From NCBI GenBank assembly GCA_027923505.1, contig BROI01000005.1, forward strand, positions 310,001 to 374,000: a stretch of 64,000 nt of DNA. The letters are read 5' to 3'. Source of the DNA: Mayamaea pseudoterrestris. Its lineage: Eukaryota. The position numbers and the translations under genes are program-made. Below, piece after piece: positions 1-9,651 of the stretch. The notes beneath the pieces are model-generated. The model made no database searches. It had not been told where the DNA came from and worked only from the letters and a program-made list of their open reading frames with translations. Every line of letters starts with the position of its first letter. Within the stretch, counting starts at the first letter, position 1.

Positions 1-3000
1 GTCACCCTCCGTGGCTCCCAGTGTGTCTCCCAGCACTCACCCAAGCAGCTTGCCATCAAGTGTGCCGTCAAGTGACCCAAGCGCCAAGCCAAGTGAGTCA
101 CCTAGCGCAGGACCCAGTCTTCTTCCCAGTGCAGCACCAAGCTTGCCCATCCCCGTGGCTCCCAGTGTGTCTCCCAGCACTCACCCAAGCAGCTTGCCAT
201 CAAGTGTGCCGTCAAGTGACCCAAGCGCCAAGCCAAGTGAGTCACCTAGCGCAGGACCCAGTCTTCTTCCCAGTGCAGCACCAAGCTTGTCACCCTCCGT
301 GGCTCCCAGTGTGTCTCCCAGCACTCACCCAAGCAGCTTGCCATCAAGTGTGCCGTCAAGTGACCCAAGCGCCAAGCCAAGTGAGTCACCTAGCGCAGGA
401 CCCAGTCTTCTTCCCAGTGCAGCACCAAGCTTGTCACCCTCCGTGGCTCCCAGTGTGTCTCCCAGCACTCACCCAAGCAGCTTGCCATCAAGTGTGCCGT
501 CAAGTGACCCAAGCGCCAAGCCAAGTGAGTCACCTAGCGCAGGACCCAGTCTTCTTCCCAGTGCAGCACCAAGCTTGTCACCCTCCGTGGCTCCCAGTGT
601 GTCTCCCAGCACTCACCCAAGCAGCTTGCCATCAAGTGTGCCGTCAAGTGACCCAAGCGCCAAGCCAAGTGAGTCACCTAGCGCAGGACCCAGTCTTCTT
701 CCCAGTGCAGCACCAAGCTTGTCACCCTCCGTGGCTCCCAGTGTGTCTCCCAGCACTCACCCAAGCAGCTTGCCATCAAGTGTGCCGTCAAGTGACCCAA
801 GCGCCAAGCCAAGTGAGTCACCTAGCGCAGGACCCAGTCTTCTTCCCAGTGCAGCACCAAGCTTGTCACCCTCCGTGGCTCCCAGTGTGTCTCCCAGCAC
901 TCACCCAAGCAGCTTGCCATCAAGTGTGCCGTCAAGTGACCCAAGCGCCAAGCCAAGTGAGTCACCTAGCGCAGGACCCAGTCTTCTTCCCAGTGCAGCA
1001 CCAAGCTTGTCACCCTCCGTGGCTCCCAGTGTGTCTCCCAGCACTCACCCAAGCAGCTTGCCATCAAGTGTGCCGTCAAGTGACCCAAGCGCCAAGCCAA
1101 GTGAGTCACCTAGCGCAGGACCCAGTCTTCTTCCCAGTGCAGCACCAAGCTTGTCACCACCTAGCGCAGGACCCAGTCTTCTTCCCAGTGCAGCACCAAG
1201 CTTGTCACCCTCCGTGGCTCCCAGTGTGTCTCCCAGCACTCACCCAAGCAGCTTGCCATCAAGTGTGCCGTCAAGTGACCCAAGCGCCAAGCCAAGTGAG
1301 TCACCTAGCGCAGGACCCAGTCTTCTTCCCAGTGCAGCACCAAGCTTGTCACCCTCCGTGGCTCCCAGTGTGTCTCCCAGCACTCACCCAAGCAGCTTGC
1401 CATCAAGTGTGCCGTCAAGTGACCCAAGCGCCAAGCCAAGTGAGTCACCTAGCGCAGGACCCAGTCTTCTTCCCAGTGCAGCACCAAGCTTGTCACCCTC
1501 CGTGGCTCCCAGTGTGTCTCCCAGCACTCACCCAAGCAGCTTGCCATCAAGTGTGCCGTCAAGTGACCCAAGCGCCAAGCCAAGTGAGTCACCTAGCGCA
1601 GGACCCAGTCTTCTTCCCAGTGCAGCACCAAGCTTGTCACCCTCCGTGGCTCCCAGTGTGTCTCCCAGCACTCACCCAAGCAGCTTGCCATCAAGTGTGC
1701 CGTCAAGTGACCCAAGCGCCAAGCCAAGTGAGTCACCTAGCGCAGGACCCAGTCTTCTTCCCAGTGCAGCACCAAGCTTGTCACCCTCCGTGGCTCCCAG
1801 TGTGTCTCCCAGCACTCACCCAAGCAGCTTGCCATCAAGTGTGCCGTCAAGTGACCCAAGCGCCAAGCCAAGTGAGTCACCTAGCGCAGGACCCAGTCTT
1901 CTTCCCAGTGCAGCACCAAGCTTGTCACCCTCCGTGGCTCCCAGTGTGTCTCCCAGCACTCACCCAAGCAGCTTGCCATCAAGTGTGCCGTCAAGTGACC
2001 CAAGCGCCAAGCCAAGTGAGTCACCTAGCGCAGGACCCAGTCTTCTTCCCAGTGCAGCACCAAGCTTGTCACCCTCCGTGGCTCCCAGTGTGTCTCCCAG
2101 CACTCACCCAAGCAGCTTGCCATCAAGTGTGCCGTCAAGTGACCCAAGCGCCAAGCCAAGTGAGTCACCTAGCGCAGGACCCAGTCTTCTTCCCAGTGCA
2201 GCACCAAGCTTGTCACCCTCCGTGGCTCCCAGTGTGTCTCCCAGCACTCACCCAAGCAGCTTGCCATCAAGTGTGCCGTCAAGTGACCCAAGCGCCAAGC
2301 CAAGTGAGTCACCTAGCGCAGGACCCAGTCTTCTTCCCAGTGCAGCACCAAGCTTGTCACCCTCCGTGGCTCCCAGTGTGTCTCCCAGCACTCACCCAAG
2401 CAGCTTGCCATCAAGTGTGCCGTCAAGTGACCCAAGCGCCAAGCCAAGTGAGTCACCTAGCGCAGGACCCAGTCTTCTTCCCAGTGCAGCACCAAGCTTG
2501 TCACCCTCCGTGGCTCCCAGTGTGTCTCCCAGCACTCACCCAAGCAGCTTGCCATCAAGTGTGCCGTCAAGTGACCCAAGCGCCAAGCCAAGTGAGTCAC
2601 CTAGCGCAGGACCCAGTCTTCTTCCCAGTGCAGCACCAAGCTTGTCACCCTCCGTGGCTCCCAGTGTGTCTCCCAGCACTCACCCAAGCAGCTTGCCATC
2701 AAGTGTGCCGTCAAGTGACCCAAGCGCCAAGCCAAGTGAGTCACCTAGCGCAGGACCCAGTCTTCTTCCCAGTGCAGCACCAAGCTTGTCACCCTCCGTG
2801 GCTCCCAGTGTGTCTCCCAGCACTCACCCAAGCAGCTTGCCATCAAGTGTGCCGTCAAGTGACCCAAGCGCCAAGCCAAGTGAGTCACCTAGCGCAGGAC
2901 CCAGTCTTCTTCCCAGTGCAGCACCAAGCTTGTCACCCTCCGTGGCTCCCAGTGTGTCTCCCAGCACTCACCCAAGCAGCTTGCCATCAAGTGTGCCGTC

Positions 3001-6000
3001 AAGTGACCCAAGCGCCAAGCCAAGTGAGTCACCTAGCGCAGGACCCAGTCTTCTTCCCAGTGCAGCACCAAGCTTGTCACCCTCCGTGGCTCCCAGTGTG
3101 TCTCCCAGCACTCACCCAAGCAGCTTGCCATCAAGTGTGCCGTCAAGTGACCCAAGCGCCAAGCCAAGTGAGTCACCTAGCGCAGGACCCAGTCTTCTTC
3201 CCAGTGCAGCACCAAGCTTGTCACCCTCCGTGGCTCCCAGTGTGTCTCCCAGCACTCACCCAAGCAGCTTGCCATCAAGTGTGCCGTCAAGTGACCCAAG
3301 CGCCAAGCCAAGTGAGTCACCTAGCGCAGGACCCAGTCTTCTTCCCAGTGCAGCACCAAGCTTGTCACCCTCCGTGGCTCCCAGTGTGTCTCCCAGCACT
3401 CACCCAAGCAGCTTGCCATCAAGTGTGCCGTCAAGTGACCCAAGCGCCAAGCCAAGTGAGTCACCTAGCGCAGGACCCAGTCTTCTTCCCAGTGCAGCAC
3501 CAAGCTTGTCACCCTCCGTGGCTCCCAGTGTGTCTCCCAGCACTCACCCAAGCAGCTTGCCATCAAGTGTGCCGTCAAGTGACCCAAGCGCCAAGCCAAG
3601 TGAGTCACCCTAGCGCAGGACCCAGTCTTCTTCCCAGTGCAGCACCAAGCTTGTCACCCTCCGTGGCTCCCAGTGTGTCTCCCAGCACTCACCCAAGCAG
3701 CTTGCCATCAAGTGTGCCGTCAAGTGACCCAAGCGCCAAGCCAAGTGAGTCACCTAGCGCAGGACCCAGTCTTCTTCCCAGTGCAGCACCAAGCTTGTCA
3801 CCCTCCGTGGCTCCCAGTGTGTCTCCCAGCACTCACCCAAGCAGCTTGCCATCAAGTGTGCCGTCAAGTGACCCAAGCGCCAAGCCAAGTGAGTCACCTA
3901 GCGCAGGACCCAGTCTTCTTCCCAGTGCAGCACCAAGCTTGTCACCCTCCGTGGCTCCCAGTGTGTCTCCCAGCACTCACCCAAGCAGCTTGCCATCAAG
4001 TGTGCCGTCAAGTGACCCAAGCGCCAAGCCAAGTGAGTCACCTAGCGCAGGACCCAGTCTTCTTCCCAGTGCAGCACCAAGCTTGTCACCCTCCGTGGCT
4101 CCCAGTGTGTCTCCCAGCACTCACCCAAGCAGCTTGCCATCAAGTGTGCCGTCAAGTGACCCAAGCGCCAAGCCAAGTGAGTCACCTAGCGCAGGACCCA
4201 GTCTTCTTCCCAGTGCAGCACCAAGCTTGTCACCCTCCGTGGCTCCCAGTGTGTCTCCCAGCACTCACCCAAGCAGCTTGCCATCAAGTGTGCCGTCAAG
4301 TGACCCAAGCGCCAAGCCAAGTGAGTCACCTAGCGCAGGACCCAGTCTTCTTCCCAGTGCAGCACCAAGCTTGTCACCCTCCGTGGCTCCCAGTGTGTCT
4401 CCCAGCACTCACCCAAGCAGCTTGCCATCAAGTGTGCCGTCAAGTGACCCAAGCGCCAAGCCAAGTGAGTCACCTAGCGCAGGACCCAGTCTTCTTCCCA
4501 GTGCAGCACCAAGCTTGTCACCCTCCGTGGCTCCCAGTGTGTCTCCCAGCACTCACCCAAGCAGCTTGCCATCAAGTGTGCCGTCAAGTGACCCAAGCGC
4601 CAAGCCAAGTGAGTCACCTAGCGCAGGACCCAGTCTTCTTCCCAGTGCAGCACCAAGCTTGTCACCCTCCGTGGCTCCCAGTGTGTCTCCCAGCACTCAC
4701 CCAAGCAGCTTGCCATCAAGTGTGCCGTCAAGTGACCCAAGCGCCAAGCCAAGTGAGTCACCTAGCGCAGGACCCAGTCTTCTTCCCAGTGCAGCACCAA
4801 GCTTGTCACCCTCCGTGGCTCCCAGTGTGTCTCCCAGCACTCACCCAAGCAGCTTGCCATCAAGTGTGCCGTCAAGTGACCCAAGCGCCAAGCCAAGTGA
4901 GTCACCTAGCGCAGGACCCAGTCTTCTTCCCAGTGCAGCACCAAGCTTGTCACCCTCCGTGGCTCCCAGTGTGTCTCCCAGCACTCACCCAAGCAGCTTG
5001 CCATCAAGTGTGCCGTCAAGTGACCCAAGCGCCAAGCCAAGTGAGTCACCTAGCGCAGGACCCAGTCTTCTTCCCAGTGCAGCACCAAGCTTGTCACCCT
5101 CCGTGGCTCCCAGTGTGTCTCCCAGCACTCACCCAAGCAGCTTCGCCTCGTGTGTGCCGTCAAGTGACCCAAGCGCCAAGCCAAGTGAGTCACCTAGCGC
5201 AGGACCCAGTCTTCTTCCCAGTGCAGCACCAAGCTTGTCACCCTCCGTGGCTCCCAGTGTGTCTCCCAGCACTCACCCAAGCAGCTTGCCATCAAGTGTG
5301 CCGTCAAGTGACCCAAGCGCCAAGCCAAGTGAGTCACCTAGCGCAGGACCCAGTCTTCTTCCCAGTGCAGCACCAAGCTTGTCACCCTCCGTGGCTCCCA
5401 GTGTGTCTCCCAGCACTCACCCAAGCAGCTTGCCATCAAGTGTGCCGTCAAGTGACCCAAGCGCCAAGCCAAGTGAGTCACCTAGCGCAGGACCCAGTCT
5501 TCTTCCCAGTGCAGCACCAAGCTTGTCACCCTCCGTGGCTCCCAGTGTGTCTCCCAGCACTCACCCAAGCAGCTTGCCATCAAGTGTGCCGTCAAGTGAC
5601 CCAAGCGCCAAGCCAAGTGAGTCACCTAGCGCAGGACCCAGTCTTCTTCCCAGTGCAGCACCAAGCTTGTCACCCTCCGTGGCTCCCAGTGTGTCTCCCA
5701 GCACTCACCCAAGCAGCTTGCCATCAAGTGTGCCGTCAAGTGACCCAAGCGCCAAGCCAAGTGAGTCACCTAGCGCAGGACCCAGTCTTCTTCCCAGTGC
5801 AGCACCAAGCTTGTCACCCTCCGTGGCTCCCAGTGTGTCTCCCAGCACTCACCCAAGCAGCTTGCCATCAAGTGTGCCGTCAAGTGACCCAAGCGCCAAG
5901 CCAAGTGAGTCACCTAGCGCAGGACCCAGTCTTCTTCCCAGTGCAGCACCAAGCTTGTCACCCTCCGTGGCTCCCAGTGTGTCTCCCAGCACTCACCCAA

Positions 6001-9000
6001 GCAGCTTGCCATCAAGTGTGCCGTCAAGTGACCCAAGCGCCAAGCCAAGTGAGTCACCTAGCGCAGGACCCAGTCTTCTTCCCAGTGCAGCACCAAGCTT
6101 GTCACCCTCCGTGGCTCCCAGTGTGTCTCCCAGCACTCACCCAAGCAGCTTGCCATCAAGTGTGCCGTCAAGTGACCCAAGCGCCAAGCCAAGTGAGTCA
6201 CCTAGCGCAGGACCCAGTCTTCTTCCCAGTGCAGCACCAAGCTTGTCACCCTCCGTGGCTCCCAGTGTGTCTCCCAGCACTCACCCAAGCAGCTTGCCAT
6301 CAAGTGTGCCGTCAAGTGACCCAAGCGCCAAGCCAAGTGAGTCACCTAGCGCAGGACCCAGTCTTCTTCCCAGTGCAGCACCAAGCTTGTCACCCTCCGT
6401 GGCTCCCAGTGTGTCTCCCAGCACTCACCCAAGCAGCTTGCCATCAAGTGTGCCGTCAAGTGACCCAAGCGCCAAGCCAAGTGAGTCACCTAGCGCAGGA
6501 CCCAGTCTTCTTCCCAGTGCAGCACCAAGCTTGTCACCCTCCGTGGCTCCCAGTGTGTCTCCCAGCACTCACCCAAGCAGCTTGCCATCAAGTGTGCCGT
6601 CAAGTGACCCAAGCGCCAAGCCAAGTGAGTCACCTAGCGCAGGACCCAGTCTTCTTCCCAGTGCAGCACCAAGCTTGTCACCCTCCGTGGCTCCCAGTGT
6701 GTCTCCCAGCACTCACCCAAGCAGCTTGCCATCAAGTGTGCCGTCAAGTGACCCAAGCGCCAAGCCAAGTGAGTCACCTAGCGCAGGACCCAGTCTTCTT
6801 CCCAGTGCAGCACCAAGCTTGTCACCCTCCGTGGCTCCCAGTGTGTCTCCCAGCACTCACCCAAGCAGCTTGCCATCAAGTGTGCCGTCAAGTGACCCAA
6901 GCGCCAAGCCAAGTGAGTCACCTAGCGCAGGACCCAGTCTTCTTCCCAGTGCAGCACCAAGCTTGTCACCCTCCGTGGCTCCCAGTGTGTCTCCCAGCAC
7001 TCACCCAAGCAGCTTGCCATCAAGTGTGCCGTCAAGTGACCCAAGCGCCAAGCCAAGTGAGTCACCTAGCGCAGGACCCAGTCTTCTTCCCAGTGCAGCA
7101 CCAAGCTTGTCACCCTCCGTGGCTCCCAGTGTGTCTCCCAGCACTCACCCAAGCAGCTTGCCATCAAGTGTGCCGTCAAGTGACCCAAGCGCCAAGCCAA
7201 GTGAGTCACCTAGTGCAGGACCCAGTCTTCTTCCCAGTGCAGCACCAAGCTTGTCACCCTCTGTGGCTCCCATTGTGTCTCCCAGCTCTCACCCAAGCAG
7301 CTTGCCATCAAGTGTGCCGTCAAGTGACCCAAGCGCCAAGCCAAGTGAGTCACCTAGCGCAGGACCCAGTCTTCTTCCCAGTGCAGCACCAAGCTTGTCA
7401 CCCTCCGTGGCTCCCAGTGTGTCTCCCAGCACTCACCCAAGCAGCTTGCCATCAAGTGTGCCGTCAAGTGACCCAAGCGCCAAGCCAAGTGAGTCACCTA
7501 GCGCAGGACCCAGTCTTCTTCCCAGTGCAGCACCAAGCTTGTCACCCTCCGTGGCTCCCAGTGTGTCTCCCAGCACTCACCCAAGCAGCTTGCCATCAAG
7601 TGTGCCGTCAAGTGACCCAAGCGCCAAGCCAAGTGAGTCACCTAGCGCAGGGCCCAGTCCTCTTCCCAGTGCAGCACCAAGCTTGTCACCCTCCGTGGCT
7701 CCCAGTGTGTCTCCCAGCACTCACCCAAGCAGCTTGCCATCAAGTGTGCCGTCAAGTGACCCAAGCGCCAAGCCAAGTGAGTCACCTAGCGCAGGACCCA
7801 GTCTTCTTCCCAGTGCAGCACCAAGCTTGTCACCCTCCGTGGCTCCCAGTGTGTCTCCCAGCACTCACCCAAGCAGCTTGCCATCAAGTGTGCCGTCAAG
7901 CGACCCAAGCGCCAAGCCAAGTGAGTCACCTAGCGCAGGACCCAGTCTTCTTCCCAGTGCAGCACCAAGCTTGTCACCCTCTGTGGCTCCCAGTGTGTCT
8001 CCCAGCACTCACCCAAGCAGCTTGCCATCAAGTGTGCCGTCAAGTGACCCAAGCGCCAAGCCAAGTGAGTCACCTAGCGCAGGACCCAGTCTTCTTCCCA
8101 GTGCAGCACCAAGCTTGTCACCCTCCGTGGCTCCCAGTGTGTCTCCCAGCACTCACCCAAGCAGCTTGCCATCAAGTGTGCCGTCAAGTGACCCAAGCGC
8201 CAAGCCAAGTGAGTCACCTAGCGCAGGACCCAGTCTTCTTCCCAGTGCAGCACCAAGCTTGTCACCCTCCGTGGCTCCCAGTGTGTCTCCCAGCACTCAC
8301 CCAAGCAGCTTGCCATCAAGTGTGCCATCAAGTGACCCAAGCGCCAAGCCAAGTGAGTCACCTAGCGCAGGACCCAGTCTTCTTCCCAGTGCAGCACCAA
8401 GCTTGTCACCCTCCGTGGCTCCCAGTGTGTCTCCCAGCACTCACCCAAGCAGCTTGCCATCAAGTGTGCCGTCAAGTGACCCAAGCGCCAAGCCAAGTGA
8501 GTCACCTAGCGCAGGACCCAGTCTTCTTCCCAGTGCAGCACCAAGCTTGTCACCCTCCGTGGCTCCCAGTGTGTCTCCCAGCACTCACCCAAGCAGCTTG
8601 CCATCAAGTGTGCCGTCAAGTGACCCAAGCGCCAAGCCAAGTGAGTCACCTAGCGCAGGACCCAGTCTTCTTCCCAGTGCAGCACCAAGCTTGTCACCCT
8701 CCGTGGCTCCCAGTGTGTCTCCCAGCACTCACCCAAGCAGCTTGCCATCAAGTGTGCCGTCAAGTGACCCAAGCGCCAAGCCAAGTGAGTCACCTAGCGC
8801 AGGACCCAGTCTTCTTCCCAGTGCAGCACCAAGCTTGTCACCCTCCGTGGCTCCCAGTGTGTCTCCCAGCACTCACCCAAGCAGCTTGCCATCAAGTGTG
8901 CCGTCAAGTGACCCAAGCGCCAAGCCAAGTGAGTCACCTAGCGCAGGACCCAGTCTTCTTCCCAGTGCAGCACCAAGCTTGTCACCCTCCGTGGCTCCCA

Positions 9001-9651
9001 GTGTGTCTCCCAGCACTCACCCAAGCAGCTTGCCATCAAGTGTGCCGTCAAGTGACCCAAGCGCCAAGCCAAGTGAGTCACCTAGCGCAGGACCCAGTCT
9101 TCTTCCCAGTGCAGCACCAAGCTTGTCACCCTCTGTGGCTCCCAGTGTGTCTCCCAGCACTCACCCAAGCAGCTTGCCATCAAGTGTGCCGTCAAGTGAC
9201 CCAAGCGCCAAGCCAAGTGAGTCACCTAGCGCAGGACCCAGTCTTCTTCCCAGTGCAGCACCAAGCTTGTCACCCTCCGTGGCTCCCAGTGTGTCTCCCA
9301 GCACTCACCCAAGCAGCTTGCCATCAAGTGTGCCGTCAAGTGACCCAAGCGCCAAGCCAAGTGAGTCACCTAGCGCAGGACCCAGTCTTCTTCCCAGTGC
9401 AGCACCAAGCTTGTCACCCTCTGTGGCTCCCAGTGTGTCGCCCAGCACTCACCCAAGCAGCTTGCCATCAAGTGTGCCGTCAAGTGACCCAAGCGCCAAG
9501 CCAAGTGAGTCACCTAGCGCAGGACCCAATCTTCTTCCCAGTGCAGCACCAAGCTTGTCACCCTCCGTGGCTCCCAGTGTGTCTCCCAGCACTCACCCAA
9601 GCAGCTTGCCATCAAGTGTGCCGTCAAGTGACCCAAGCGCCAAGCCAAGTG
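1..9651 (+). repeat. 144-bp coding tandem repeat, about 67 copies, 12-bp internal periodicity
   Basis: Unit gtcaccctcc...ccaagctt starts at 1, 145, 289...1153. A 51-bp partial unit occupies 1153-1203, then starts fall at 1204+144n, shift by +1 to 3653+144n, and the last partial unit is 9557-9651. One unit encodes LSPS VAPS VSPS THPS SLPS SVPS SDPS AKPS ESPS AGPS LLPS AAPS. Confidence 0.98.

Noticed and set aside
5141..5152. Odd unit SSFASCV (also LPIPV at about 145-153)
   Set aside because: Clustered compensating changes in single units look like long-read consensus noise; they cannot be supported as biology.
1..9651. CRISPR array or non-coding satellite
   Set aside because: No unique spacers and no cas genes; units are contiguous, a multiple of 3, and in frame with a transmembrane-bearing C-terminus.
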